60,415 nucleotides of DNA, filler included, from Sphacelaria rigidula (GCA_964200075.2; 10 parts of 10 records of this genome joined end to end with filler, not necessarily neighbours in it); one strand, 5' to 3'. Numbered from the whole stretch's first letter, positions 26,228 through 41,016 are shown. Numbers and translations: made by a program. Notes: generated by a model not told the origin, from the letters alone.

Positions 26228-28781
26228 TCACCAAGGCATGAACCGGTGCTTGCACACGAAGGTCGCAGCCTTATCATCCCCCGCTGCGTCCCCTTTCGCC
26301 CGCATAACTTTCTGCCTCCGTGTGAGCTCAGCAAAGCTCTCGGCTCCAGCAACACACGACAAAACCTCAGGCACTAACGATGGGGGGCATTTCTCCAGGG
26401 CATTTTGTGCGGCACGCGCCGCTCCCGCAGAGAACACGGAAGCTGCGTCGGCACCCTTGAGCTGAAACAGTCCCACATTCGCGACGGTATACGATATCGT
26501 CTCCGCTCCGCCATACGCGCCGCCCTCCCCCGGCTCCAGCAACAGCTCCCAGAATATAGGATGGGCAAGTTTCGTGCGCGCACCCGCGGGTATAGGCTTG
26601 GGCAACGCAACCGGAAACACTATTGTTGAGGGAGGAGACGAAGGAGGGTAGGCCGGCAATCGAGTTGTGCTCGATGAGCCGCGGCTGCTACCGACCCTGG
26701 TTCGTCGGCTTAGCTTAGCCAAACAGGAGAGCGCGACGGCGCGTACTTGCCGCCAGGGGGTTTCGTAGCTCTGCGCGAGCGTTACTAGATCTCGGGTCAT
26801 CATGAGTATGTTCAAGCGCTCTAAACGGGGGTCAAGCGTTTTAGCCTCGGTGGGTCCGCTCTTCGTGGAAGGTTGATCGGCAGATACCTTGTCGGTCGTA
26901 GTGCTGGGAAGAACGCGTTCGATGTCGGCGGCTAGCACGCCAGCACGCTTCTCGAACCAGTGGTAGAGGTCCAGCGTGACCTTGTAGACGCCCAGCTCCA
27001 CAAAAATTTCCGCGAGATTCTCAACATTTTCAAGCAAAGCAGCCCCCTGCTCCCGCCAGGAGATAGCATCTGCCTCACCCTGCTGCCCTGCAGGCCCGCC
27101 GAATTCATTTCTCTTGGTGCTACTGCTCCGGATGTCTCCCATCGACATCGGGTTGTAGTATCGTGCCTCGCGGGTCAAAGCTACACCCTCCCTGATATGG
27201 CGGCCGATAGCCGTCTGGTTTTCTCTGCGGATGACGGGGAATATATGGCCTTCCCCCACGGCATGAAAGGCCCTTGACAGGGTCGATCGCACTCCCTCGG
27301 CCGAGGAAGATCGAGCGGCTAACTCCCACAAGAGCTCGGAAAAATCAAGATCGCCTCTGAATCTCTGGCCCACGGTCTCCCCTTCGTCCAAGCGCACTTC
27401 AAAGGTGATAGTTTCAGTTGGCTCACCGGTAGTGTCGTCATCGCTTCCTCTGCCTTCAACGCCCTCTTGATCGCCAGTACCTTCACCTTCACCTGTACCT
27501 ATTCCACGCCTGAACGCGGCCCTCGCCGCCAGCTCTGCCAGGTTTTCCGATCCACTCAGCAGCGCTTCAATATCGGCCTCCCACTGCACATTTGCCTGAT
27601 CCTCATCACCATTCGCGCTTCGTACCACCCCACCGTTCTGGCCACCCCCCAGAAACGGCCCCCTTGGACCCTCTGATCGCGTAGGTCGTGCTGTGCTGGC
27701 CACGTTCCGGGCAATCGTATTGGCCAGGATCTCAACATCACCCCGAAGCGTCGCGTTCGCGGCGCTTGGAGGGCACGCGCCACCGACAAGAAGAAGCGAG
27801 GGACACCCCGAAGGCGGCTGCGAACCCACGGTTCGTGCCGTGTCGCTTGAGTACGTCCACTCCATGGCCAACCGAGCGAAGGACATCGAGTTCGCACGCT
27901 CTCGGATGCACCCGCCAAGGACGTCACCGTCTGAGGCCTCGGACAGGTCATATAACGCCCGCGCCGACGCGTGCGTGCCTGGTCCACAATCGGCGATTAA
28001 GTCCTCGATTCTCAGGATTGATTCCTCTGGCTCAGTATCGTGCAGGTACAGAGAGAAAGCGCTGAAGCCCGTCGTACCCGCCCTTTGACCAAGGAAGCAT
28101 CGACCGGACCCGTCGCCCACTGCGGTTTTCGACCAAGTTGTGTGAGCGTTTTGGAAAAAAATGTAAGGCAAAAAGACGCTCCGACAAGGGCTGGTTATCA
28201 GATACAAGTGAACACTACTTATCTCGTTATTATTGTGGTCGATTTGCCTACAAACAACTGATTGATTATTTGATAGGGCGACTATCGCAGGAAACGATCC
28301 GTAGCGATTGCAGATCTAGGGCAGCCCGCACGCCGTACATCCAAATCACGACTCTACCTCAAACAAGAGAGCCATACGATGGATTTCAACAGCAAACATG
28401 GCAAGGATTAACAAACGTACCAATGCCAGCGACGATAGTTGGTAGTTCCGACATCCCGACCGGCAACGGACTCAGTCCTGCCAGTACTGTGCGTGCACGG
28501 GAAAGTGGAAATCCGCGAAGAAGCCTAGCATCCACAAAGGCGGTGTGGGATGACGGACACATGGAGCGTAGATGCGGCAGGGGGCCATTGGCTGCTGCTG
28601 CTGCTGCTGAAGCAACACCCGTGGCGGCGCCTCTCGCATACCCTGCGGGGTTATCACGCATGGCAGACGGTGTGCGCACGAGAACGCTTTGAAGAACAGA
28701 TTGCACGGCCCCCGTCACGTCGCCTGCCGCGGGCGCCTTAACCAGGCAGGACAACAGGATGAGGTCGCTGTCGGAAGCCAT
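26228..28781 (-). CDS. ZWILCH: Zwilch homologue (RZZ subunit); join(28421-28781, 26228-28119), 750 aa
   Basis: Phase-1 GT-AG intron gives a continuous frame. RGDLDFSELLWEL, HIFPVIRRENQTAIGRHI, IFVELGVYKVTLDLYHWF and RLERLNIL match Zwilch core motifs in order (from recollection). Confidence 0.78.
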
Positions 28782-30356
28782 TCCCTAATGGAAAGGATGC
28801 ACAAGTTGCGTGGGGGGACGAGCAAGAGATTGGCGATAGTTCAGATGGATGGCTAGAGGATTGACATGCGCATGCATTTTTTGAAAGGCTCAAAATTTGT
28901 GTGGGCTTCGCAGTCTATTGTCGGCGGTCAGCTGGGTAGCATGTTCTGCAATGCTGTACTTCGGGATTACAACAACCATCAACAAACGATAGCAGCGCTT
29001 CATCCTCGCGTTCCGTGCCGAATTCAGGGTCGTAGACGAGAAGATCTGCACAAGAATTTGCATCTTCGACAGAGTAAAAACGTATCGGACTAGCCCGGCT
29101 ACAAAATCCGATGGTGAAATACATTGGAAGCAAGACAATCAGTTGGCACCACCGTACAGTACAGTACCCATGGGCATTCGTGGACTGGATTATCGATCCC
29201 GCCCCCCCCGCCTGCGGGTATTTCCAAACTTCACCCGGAAGTTGCCCAAGCTACCCATACTACAACCACTGACACTGCACCGAGCTTCACTATATCCTGA
29301 CACCAAAGTGGCGGCAGCCACCAAACTACGCAAAATAAAATCAAAAGGGCTGTGAACTGGATCAGGGTATACTATCGATGAAAGTGCAACTGGAGTTAAA
29401 CTGAAGCTGGCGACGAAGGCGCCAGATTATCCCGTTTATTTGAATTCGCCGTTACCGGCTATTTTTATACCAATTTTGATTGTGGTGTATTTATAACAAA
29501 GATACTTACACCATTAGATACCGCTTGACTGTACAAGTGAGGCCTGCACCTAACAGGTGTAGGGGAATATGGGGTATCAATTGAGACGGAGGGCGCTTGG
29601 AAGGCATCGACGGAAGTTGGTGCCTCGTGGTTCTGCAGTTTTCCGAGCTTTTTTGGCCGTAGCGTGTAGGTCGACGGCTGGTCCGTCGAATGAAGGAAAT
29701 AAATGAATAAAAGAGCTATAACTTATATACGGCTGGATGCTTGATGCGGAACTGCCGAACGCCGAACTCCAATCGCCAACTGCCAGTCGCATGATGAAGG
29801 GCGTTTTGAACATGTAGCACTTGCTTACTACATCTCGAAGTGATATAGTTGGTATATGCCAAGGTTTGTCGTTTCATTGAACATCCGAAAACAAAAATAA
29901 CATACGGTAACCCGCGACCACAAAATAAAATTACACCATGGCTTGCTATTCGACCACATGCGTGTTTGTCGGTCCGGACGTGAATAATTTTGCGCTCTTA
30001 TCCCTACGTCCTGCCAACCTTGGCTTTCTCGTTCCTATCCTCCGCTCCTCTCGGAGAGTCTCTTTTGCTGCATGCTACAGATGAATAATTTTCGGATCAC
30101 TTACCGCTTTGAGCGTGATTTTTATCTAAGCCTCTTAGCTCCTCAATGTGAGCGCTCACANNNNNNNNNNNNNNNNNNNNNNNNNNNNNNNNNNNNNNNN
30201 NNNNTTAATTAATTAANNNNNNNNNNNNNNNNNNNNNNNNNNNNNNNNNNNNNNNNNNNNGGTCAATAGTCTTATGGCTATGACATGCATGGTGATGAGT
30301 ACACCCCCCCCCTCCCCACCCCCACCCCTAAACTCCCCTTCTGTTGTGTCTCGCAG

Positions 30357-33300
30357 GAGCGGAGGTGGACGTGAAGGACCACGATGGAGTTACCGCACTC
30401 ATGAACGCAGCAGAGAGTGGGTCACTAGAGGCAGTACAGGCGTTGCTAAAGAAGGGTGCGGACGCGGGTGCCATGAGCACCACGGCCTTCACGCCGCTTA
30501 TCGTGGCCGCAGCGGGTGGGCACCTGGACGTTGTCAAGGTGACACATATGTATAACATTGTGTGGAGGTGACTGATGTACATCCATATTTACATATACTT
30601 ATTTTCGTCAGGCCCCATTACTTACATACCTAAAGAAGAGAAAATATTTGATTCCCGATGCGTCAAATTTTACCCACGAAGTGTCTGATTCCCACGGTCG
30701 GAAGCATGAGTACGTTAGTACACACAAGGGAGTTGAGGGACTTGGTGGTTTGACGAGAGTTGACGCGGTGCGGGAGTGCTGACCCAATCCGCGAGACCAG
30801 AATGCAAGGCGTATACCAAGGAGGGATGGGTTGATTCGTTGAGACCACGGACTCCCGTCAAGAAAGGGGAGGGGCTCAGAGTGCAACAGGACAACATCGT
30901 TCATCTTGGTCGTCCCACACGCCATTCCCCAACCCCGCCGTCTTCTGCTTCAGATTGTAATTCACCTGTCGCAGCGATGACCGGAGAATCATCCCGAGTA
31001 GCGGCTCAACCCTAATATTTACCCAATCATCCGTGCACGCACCGAGTTCGTTCATCCTACCGTACACATCTCGGTGGAATCTGCCCAAATCGTGTTCAGC
31101 CAATCGAATTCATGCATGATAACTTGAAAGCTTATTTTGTCGTATTCCGCTGCGTTCCGGTAACTCGCATTTCACCTCTTATGCGATCAATCACGTTTAA
31201 CTCATGAGACATTCGCCACGCGCTAAGCGTTGTTTTCCTTCAACAGTTGTAGTTTCGTGTGTTGTCATCACATCTATTCTAGACCCCAGTCTACATCTGT
31301 CGTCATCTCTGTGCGCATCAGCGCAGTTCACACAGGAGCGGAAGGCCAACACAGGATGATTTTCTTGTTTCCCAAATTTTAGCACTTCACCTTTCTTCTG
31401 CTGTACTCGCCTTCAGCGGTGTTTTTCCCTCGTCGATGGTAAGTCGAGTTTTGCGTACCTCCGCATAGTTACTCTCCACTGTTGAGCATGATGTGAGAAG
31501 GAAAAACAAATCTAGATGGTGTGACTTCACCGCAATCCGAGCTCATGTCTGAACCGTCACGAGGTTTTGGGGTACGAACTGAGCCACCGGGGCGTACGAG
31601 TGAATTTAATTCCGTGACACGAGGAGATATACGCACACGAGTGGCCCGCCCGTGTCAGTCAACGCTTATAAACACATTCATGGGCGAAACTTGATAAAAC
31701 GTATGGCAGGCACTGGTGGCGAAGAACATCAAGGTTGACGACATGCACGCAGACGGTGTGAGCGCACTCATGTACGCTGCCGCCGGGGGCCACCCCGAGG
31801 TTGTGAAGTTCTTGCTCGGCGGCAAGGGGGATGCAAAGGCAGACCCCAACCTTAAGCACGTGCAAGGAGGGACGGCTCTCATGGAAGCAGCTACCTCGGG
31901 TAGCCAGGAGGTCGTGGATATGTTGCTTGCTGCCGGCGCTGACCCGATGGTCAGGGACAATGATGGAGTGTCTCCGCTCATGTCTGCGGCTGCTCAGGTA
32001 TGGCTCGCTTTTCCCGTTTTTGTAAATGTTTTGCCCGTGTAGCGTTGCGCGTTGTGGAAGGAGTGCATTGCTCTGACCCCAGAGGGAAAGTATTTTCTCG
32101 GCGACACCAAGGAGGAAGGGGTAGGGGGGAAGGAGAAACGTATTCGTGCGGTTGGTATCACTGACATAGTTGATGTCACTCGAGAAGATTGTTGCATGTA
32201 TTCGTTTGAATGACCGTCTTTTTTTATTGCTCGTGATTTTCGGTATCATCTCCTCCTTGAGGGAGGCAAGAGGGGAATTGCCGTCTCTCCGCTCCCCGGG
32301 CTCGTCACCTCTCGGTATTTTTTGGAGGGCGCGGTGATGTCTCCAAATGTCTCTTGCTTTAATTGAGCTACCGTCGTAAATTAACAACACCTTCGCTTGC
32401 TAAACCGGGAGCATCCCTCTGTATGTGTGTGCGTGTGCGTGTGTGTTTCCGTGTATGTGTGTCCTGTGTTTCCATGCATGTGGATTATTAATTGGTCCCG
32501 AGCATATGTAGTCTATACTGAAGGGAGTAGCAGATGTGTTGGACGCCCGTCCCTTCGTGTGTAGTTCGAATGATGGTCACCTCGTCCAGAATTGGCATTT
32601 TTTACCAAACGCGTGTGGACAAGAACGTTCCTGGGAATTGGTAAGCACACGATTACTTCACGGTCCGAACAAATTGTCGGTGGTCCGAATCACTTCATCT
32701 ACGATTTTTCAGGCTTGAGTGTTCGATAAAGAGAAGGCGAAAGTCGACCACTGATGCAGAAGATCTCAACGTAATTTTCGCGCCTTTCCACGTGCCTGGA
32801 CCGCGCGTAACTGGGTTGCGACGCTGAAAACAAAGCTCGAGGATTGATACGTACGGTCCGAATCAAATACACTGGGAGCGAATCATTTCGAGACGAATCA
32901 TCAATTTGTCCGACCGTCGTATGATTCCCTAGAAGACGTTCAAAATATGCTGTTGTAGAAAATTGGCCGGTTTACTCGCAGGATATGGAAATGTGAGGAA
33001 AAGGGGCAAGGGACCTCTCGAGGCAATCGATGCCACGGTGTCTGTTGTAGCCATTGTTTTTTTTGCAATTTCGATCCTATCTGTTCTCCAAGATACGGCA
33101 TGTCCCAGTCCATCATTGCCGATGAAGATCATTTACAATCCTACTCTGAAGCGTCGCGCGCGTGAACGGGGGAGAGGGAAGGGCCGGCTCGAGCCTAGGG
33201 TGAGGAGCGGTGACTGCAGTTGCAAGGGGGAAAAGAGACGAAGGGGGATGCCAAAATGGCATTTTCAACATTCGTTTTCGAGTAACCCAGGCGCGGAAGC

Positions 33301-36012
33301 AAGCACCACTCTCCTAATCTCCCCGTATCGAGCTGGTCCTCGCCTGTTTCCTGTTGCGTACTATGCCGGCGACCGAATGAACAAGAAAAACCGAAACACA
33401 CTTTTTCCTGAGGCAATGAGGATGACTTGGGCGCTTTTTGCCGGTTTTTTGTTTGCTGTTTTTCTCATTTGATTGTTAGTTGGTATTGTCGAACCCATTT
33501 CGAAAGTCAAGCCCAGGGATGAATGGCTTTCGGATGAGGAAGAGAGAGGCATGCTTGGCGGAACAACAGTTAGATGCTCACACCAACGTGAAGTAGAGGT
33601 GTTTTTCCTGTGTTTCGTGTGTTTGATGTTGGTCGCAGCACGCTTACTTTTTGGTCACTTTTGCCGATGATCGTTACAATCCTGACCTAGAGCGCTGAAC
33701 GTGGCCAAAAAAAAGACCACACCCTGGACAATACATCATATTGTCGTTAATGTACTGCGTACAGTTTTGGAATCTTTTGTCTGTTGCAATAGTCGATACT
33801 GTACACGGTACACTTCTTGACTGTGTATTTCATTGTCCAGGGTATGAAGAAGACGAGAAGGTCAGAAAATGGGCAGGGGGAACGGCCGCATGATGATGCG
33901 GGGACCAAGTAACGGCCTCGTCACGAGGAAAAAAATTAGTGACTCGTCTGTTTCCCCAATACCGCTGGGAGAGCGATGACGTATCATTGATTTTTTCTCC
34001 GTCTGCAGCGAACAAAAGAAGGCGACGAACAAAATAGGAAATGACATTACACACCTATACTGGAGGAAAGTGTTTTTCAGGGCTAACACGTCAAACGTTC
34101 ACTATCACGTCGCATTTATCACGTCTGTAAAACTCGGGGTGACAAATGACGAAGTAGGGAATGGTGAAAGTATTGATCGTCTAGCCGTGCTCCGGGGAAT
34201 GTCCACACCAGATATCGTCATCATCCGCTGCATATATCGTTCGGGGTTCTATGTAGATCTCAGTGTTGACGCTATCTCCGTACGGTATTCAACAAAAAAA
34301 ATGGCCCAGACTTCTGAGCACATGGGCACGTTCCCCACGATATGCAGATCACGGTCCAACTCGTCTGTATCGTTGAGATTTTGCATTGAAAACTTTCATA
34401 TCCGCGTCCAGCTCGTGGGGTTTGAAACAAATATTTCGTGAGACAGCACAAGCCGTATGGTGTTGAGTGCCAGAAGAATCGCGCGCACCTACACAGTCAG
34501 TATGCACGCCATCGTTCAGCAATAGCAGGTTGAGAAGGCTGACTGTCATCTTCGGCCGGCGAAGTGTACACGAATGAAATGAGTGGATGGGGGGGCTGGC
34601 GTATGTCATCAGTCGTGACTCGGGGCGTTTTGACAGCGTTTCGTCATGTATCTGGACTGACTGCCGACTAAACTAACTCGAACCGTTAGATCGAAGTGTA
34701 CGTAAGTGTAGTAGGGTAACGCGTCACCGTGTTTCCATGGGTGTGTGGTCGACCGTGGGTATGGATGGCAGCGTCGGGGCCACCGCCAGTCAAGCCGATG
34801 GCCATGTTTGTGGAGGAATAGTTCGCCGACATTCGCGTTGACCTGATCGTAGGTCAGCTTATTCTGCTGGTATATCACCGGTCAATGAAAGGCCAGGCAA
34901 CCTGGAAAAGCGATTTGAAGTCACGACTGATCGAAATATACCATCGACCTGATTCATTCAAAACAAGGAGGAAAGCCATAACCATCAGAAATGATGAAAA
35001 CGACGACAACGCTCCAACACAGACGGGCACTCGCGTCAACGATATTCTGATAAAGTTTCGGCCAAAATTACCTCAAATTGGGCCCGGCATGGCACTTTTC
35101 GTGTGACACGGCCGCGGCCCTTGAATTCAAGTGATGAATGATATTCCGATCATGAAGGTCATGAGTTCGAATACCGGTAGATTCTCTTTCTTGTTATCCG
35201 TCGGTATGGTCATACATTATGCAGCATATATATATATATATATATTCTTTCAGTCGTGGTGCCGTGTGCGATCAGGTTGGTCTGCACTTTACAGTGATAT
35301 GCACAAGTCGCGCCGATTCGGAGAATTTGAGAAGTTGTGTTGTGGAAAGAGGAATCCGAGATTTACTGCTGGCCCAGCGCGTATCTGAAGCGAAAGTCAT
35401 TGTTCCTCGATGTCATACCCGCAAATGCTTTTCAACTGAAAATCATGGAGCCTGCGTCATTCGGCCGGCACCCTGCGACGCGTCGTCTTCCTCTCTCCAC
35501 GGGATACCGATCCAACTCCCACCAAATGTATGACACATGCCATGAACACTCGTGGTACGGAGCTGTTGCGGTCCTTGGCCAATGATATATGGGGGGCGGC
35601 CGTGCGGAGGGTCGAGCCTGGGCCCCAGGACAGGTTGAACTGCTAGCGAGTCGGACCTCACTTGATAACATTTCTTACCCCCCACTCCCTACCCTCCGCC
35701 GTACTCCGTCTCGAAAGAAATTTATGGTCGATTGTCAAACGACTAGGGCAACGAAGAAGTACGCCCACCGCCCGCCTCTTCACCATGTTTTTTTTTGTCT
35801 TCTTTTTTTTAATTGGAATGCACCAGGGACGCACCGAGGCGTGCAAGGTTTTGATTGCGAAGGGTAACGACCCCAACGCGATGGCCAACTCCGGTGGTAC
35901 TTCTCTCATGTTTGCTGCCGGTGCGGGTCACACAGAGGCGGCGAAGGTCTTGCTGGATGCAGGCGCAGATGTGAACACAAAGCTGAAGGCTACCTCCGAA
36001 TTTTTGGAGCAG
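30357..36012 (+). CDS. Ankyrin-repeat protein, partial; exons 30357-30538, 31710-31997, 35827-36012
   Basis: G-T/S-ALM-AA--GH repeats (DGVTALMNAAESG, DGVSALMYAAAGGH, SGGTSLMFAAGAGH); phase-0 GT-AG junctions. Confidence 0.93.
32660..32917. mobile_element. Candidate MITE
   Basis: ACGGTCCGAACAAATT ... AATTTGTCCGACCGT imperfect TIR; internal GGTCCGAA repeats. Confidence 0.45.
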
Positions 36013-37124
36013 GTGAACATTTCCCCCCGAAGATTTTGCCTGCGTGTCATTATTATTATTATATTCATCACATTAGCTCGATCTCTCGAACGCGTGGTCA
36101 CAATGCAAGGAGCATACCACCAACAGTCCCCAGAAGAAGGCAAGAAACCAACATTTACACGAAAAAAGAGCACCCGCACTTCGAAAGATCCGTATGAGAC
36201 CGATTGAACTANNNNNNNNNNNNNNNNNNNNNNNNNNNNNNNNNNNNNNNNNNNNTTAATTAATTAANNNNNNNNNNNNNNNNNNNNNNNNNNNNNNNNN
36301 NNNNNNNNNNNCCGTTTGGAACCAAATACAAGCGCAACGCTAGTGTGGAAGGATGTCTGACACAATTATGAGCCTCGTTTTTCTTGCAACCAAATACCCC
36401 CCCCCTCTATCGTAGGATGACTCTCAACCTTCTTGGTCCACAAGGAAGGGTGGCGTTGGGGATGCGTACCCTTGCCGCTCTACTAACGCTCTCAAGCAAA
36501 ACCCAGGAGCCCACCGCCACATCTTGCGCGTACTCTGGTCTAGCTCCAGCTGGACACTGTAGTCGTACGATCGCACCGTGCGTGACTACTCTCCTGTATA
36601 CGGCACTGTCTGTATGTATTGACCATGTACAAAAATAGCTGGGTCGGCTGCCTACTAAGCGTCTATGTGATGATGTGAACGGCTGCTGCTCTTTTGCCAC
36701 TAGCTGATGGCGGTTCGTCTCTACATGTGTGTGAGGGCTATGATACTATCCGTGTGTGTGGACTATGGTGCTGTTCGTGTGCGTGTCGTACTATGTGCCG
36801 TGCGTGAACCGTGTGTGGGCTCCCTTGTCCGGGGGTGCTTTCAAAAATGTGTTAGTCGGACCGGCGGGTCTGCTCAAACGTGCTCCGGAACTGGTTCTAG
36901 TTTGGGGGTACGTTCAGGGCATCTGCCCGTGGGGGTAGAAATACGCCGGCCGATGTACCCACTCAACACACCCAGCCCCCTCCCAAATCCAATACAGGGA
37001 TCACCCATTCCCACTTTCGTACTCATGAACCCCCACGTTCAATTCCTCTTCGAAACATCGATACGACAACAAACAGCAATTTCTCGTTCAAAGAATTCGG
37101 TGTACAAACTACGCACTGCCACAG

Positions 37125-40100
37125 GTCGGATCTGTCTCCATCAAAAACACGAAGAACATCCTCATCAAGAACCTCGGTGACGCTTCCCTAGGCGCCATAT
37201 GCTGGTGGCTGTTCGGGTTTGGCGTCGCCTTCGGAAAAGACAAGGGTAACGGATTCATTGGGAGTGACAATTTTTTTACGAGGGGTGAGTGCTTTTCCTT
37301 TCCGTTATTTGAAATACACTCGTTGCGATCCTGTGCGCATTGTCCTCGGCGTTGCTGGTACAGTTGAAAGCGGGCCAGACGGTAAAATCCCGCAGAAGAG
37401 GTGCACCAAATTTGATGATGGCTCAAACTGCGTTGACAGTTCAATGTTTCCGCTCCCTTGTAAATCACGCAATTATGTACTGTTCGTGGAAAAAAATAGC
37501 ACCGGCGGCGAAAGCCTATCATGTGCCGACAGTAATCGGTGTTGTCATCGTTGTTGACTCGACTCCAAGCAAGTACTCGTCTACTGACCGACCTCGCGTG
37601 CTTACTCCCAACCTTTTATATCACACCCCGACAAAATACTGTTTTTCGTACTGTCGATTCAAAACGCTCGGTACAATCATGTGTCATGACGCAGTCTCTG
37701 TATCTAACGCGGACGCACGAGTCCTAGATCTCGCCCCCGCCTGCACACTGAGTCCACCTCTCCCCGGCGGCGCCCGCACAACCACCATGAGCAGGCGCAA
37801 CTTTCGAAATCACGGATGATGACGGGAACACCACCCTCACCAACGGCTACGCGTATGCGTCCTGGCTGTTTCAGTGGGCCTTCGCCGCCACGGCGGCCAC
37901 CATCGTGTCGGGGGCAGTCGCCGAGCGTGTGTCTTTCAACGCTTACGTGGTGTACTCGATCGTACTCACTTCCTTTATCTACCCCGTTGTGGTACACTGG
38001 GGATGGTCCGGCGATGGCTGGGCGTCCCCCTGGTCTGACGATGCCGACAGCCGTCTGTTCGGCTGCGGAGTGATCGACTTCGCCGGATCTGGCGTGGTGC
38101 ACATGACCGGTGGTGCGGCCGCCCTTATGGCCGCGGTATTTGTGGGATCCCGCCTCGGTCGCTTCGACAACGACGGGGCCGCGAACACCCTGCCCCAGCA
38201 ATCCGCCGTCTTGCAGTCGCTCGGTACGCTCATCCTCTGGTTTGGGTGGTACGGATTCAACGGTGTCAGGTGAGACCCTAAATAGGTGCAAATGCTCATT
38301 GCCTCACTGCGCTAGTCATCTCTTCGTTGTACGGCACGTGTTGGGAGAAGGAAGAGGCGTTTTTGATTTTTTAATTTTCTCCAAGCTGTCATTGCTCGAG
38401 TATTTCGTCCCGTCCTCTCCTCGTCTCGCAGCGTTTCCCTGGGACGCCGAATGTGGGATGACAGCTGCGCAGATGTCTCTGATGGCGTCCAGCCGCACCT
38501 TTAACGGGTGTCCGATAAGAGATATTGCAGCATGTCTCGTGATATCTTACCATATTCCCCTACCCCCCCCCCTCGCCTCCCGAAACAGCACTCTGTACAT
38601 CGTCAACTACTCCGGTGTTGCCGCTAAAACGATGGTAACAACCACCATCTCCGCCGCCGCCGGTACTATCACCACGGTAATTCTCGGCAAGTTCTCGCTC
38701 GGCTACTGGGACGCCGGTTCCGCCAATAACGGCGTGCTGGCCGGTCTGGTCGGTATCACCGCTGGATGCTCCACGTGTGAGCCTGAGGGCGCCTTCATTA
38801 TCGGTGTCATCTCCGGTTTCGTGTACATGGGAGCCTCTAAGGCGCTCGTCAAGGCGAAGGTGATGTGTTGCCTCCACCACCACTCGAGACGATCATACAC
38901 GAATAATCACACGAGCCGATTCGCTAGGTATTGCTCGGCCTGCGCATCAGCTACGCAAGCTTCAACGGCTTGAAGCGTGCTCCAGAAGACTCGAGAGGGG
39001 CACAATAACTGTAGAAATCCAAGAGCTTGCTTAGCGAGGATAGCGATTTCAGTATTTCCTTTACTCCACCCAATCCAACAGTTCCGTTTTGGCCATCTTC
39101 TATATTGACGCCAAATGCCCACGTTTGTGGTTACTCTGCTCTGAGGTTGACTCAGATCGACGATGTCGTGGACGCAATCCCCGTCCACTTCGCCTGCGGC
39201 GCATGGGGTGTGTTCGCGGCTGCGCTCTTCGCCACCAAAGAAAACTGTGAGTTCTGTTTCTAGCCCTTGCACATTCTGGCGTCGAATAATGTCGGTATCA
39301 AGAGCATCGTGAATCGGATTGTGTTGTGAAGAAGATGTGATATTGGGTGTTGCCGCTTCCCCTGCTGGGACACACACTCGAGTCCGGTTATTCCAGTGCC
39401 GTTCATTGTAGACAAGTGGTTCTTATTAAGTAACTTCTCTCGAATCAAGGTTGTTGCCACTCTAGTGAACGTAGCTGAGTTGCTCACCGCATGCTTTTCC
39501 ATCCCTACTGTCGTCTGTATAATCATCTCTTCACCCTTACAGATGTTGCGGCTTACTACGACCGTGCTGACAAATGCGCCGGTGTGTTCTACGGTGGTGA
39601 CGGTGCGGCTGTAGCGGCAGCGGTAGTATTCATCCTGGCCATCATTGCATGGGTGGGAGGCACCTGCACGATCCTGTTCTTGGCCATCAAGTTCACCGTG
39701 GGCTTGCGCGTGTCCAAGGAAATGGAGGTTCGTTGACCGTGTGAAAGTGCTCGGTATCAAATGGGTTTTCTGGTTTATGAGGGGTGTCGCAGCTAAGGCT
39801 AGATACATACTCCGCTGTTTTCCCGTGTGCGTTTTGGTTCGAAACCTCATCAAGGCGGCGATGGGTTATTTGTTGTTGACGTACCCTGTGTTTCTTACAC
39901 CCTGGACAGTGCACTAGTTTGTACCAAGAGTGTACTGTGTACAGTGTCGACTAATGCTCCCATTTACAATAGACGACAGATCCCATATACCGTTGATTAT
40001 TTGATCATCATTATTTGCCGCCCTTTGAATAACCCCTTTCCCCCCCTCGGGACGAGACCATGTTCTCAACGAATAAACCCATCTCCCCTACCGTGCTCCG

Positions 40101-40599
40101 TTTCGAAACGAGTGTGTGGTCAATGGTCAAACAACTAGGGTAAGCAATAAATGAGTACTCGCGCCCCCTCCCACCTCACTGTACGCAATACGTTTTTTTA
40201 CAAGTGTAATATAATGTCCAGGGTGTTGTTTTTTGGCACCCGAATGTAGCTTATGTCTAATACAGCTGTTCCACGTGGTGGCACATTTCCCCTCGCCCCT
40301 CGCCCGCCCCCGAGCCCAGTCGGGCGAAACCCAGGTGTGCTCCGCCCTAGCTTTGTAGGGATGCGAGGTTGAAGGTCGTACGACTCAGGCATGTAATAAG
40401 GTCATGAGTGCGCGACCCCCGTTATACTTTCCCTGTTTTCACACTCGTGATGAATCGTTTCGTTTTTGGTACCTTGACTTCACAGGAACTCGGGATGGAC
40501 GACTCCAAGCACGGTGGCCAGACCTACCCGGGGATGGGCAGGGTCAAGAGCGCTAAAGAGCAGTCCCGCATCGACGGTTCCTTGTCTAGCTTTACCTAG
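37125..40599 (+). CDS. AMT1: AMT1-family ammonium transporter, 5' partial; exons 37125-37284, 37795-38269, 38589-38859, 39156-39246, 39543-39727, 40486-40599
   Basis: [90 protein letters not shown]; both pore His residues present; all exon phases compatible. Confidence 0.96.
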
Positions 40600-41016
40600 A
40601 GACACCCCCGCCTTCGAGGGGTTTGAGTCTCTTATCTCATTTTTTGTTGATTCCTGTGGTAGTGGGTCGACCTGGTCGAGAGACATATGGACATGGACGC
40701 ATCGCCTCTTTGTTTTCCAGATGAATGAAAAGACGTTGATTTTGCATCCCGTTTCTGGTATGGCCCATATATGTCTAGTCATGGATATACAATAGTTTCG
40801 GCGGCTTCGCTGCCACGATCAGTGGATCGATAGCCAAGACACATGGGCACCGGTGATAGCTGTGTGCGTTGCGTAATGGCAAAGGTCGACGTTTGGAGGA
40901 GAAGCCGTAGCTGGTCACCAGCTGAGCATATGCGTGACTATTTGATTTTGAAAATGATGCCGATTTCAAACATGAATATTTTTTCCCGTTTGTAGTCCAA
41001 AGAGGAAGAACATAGA

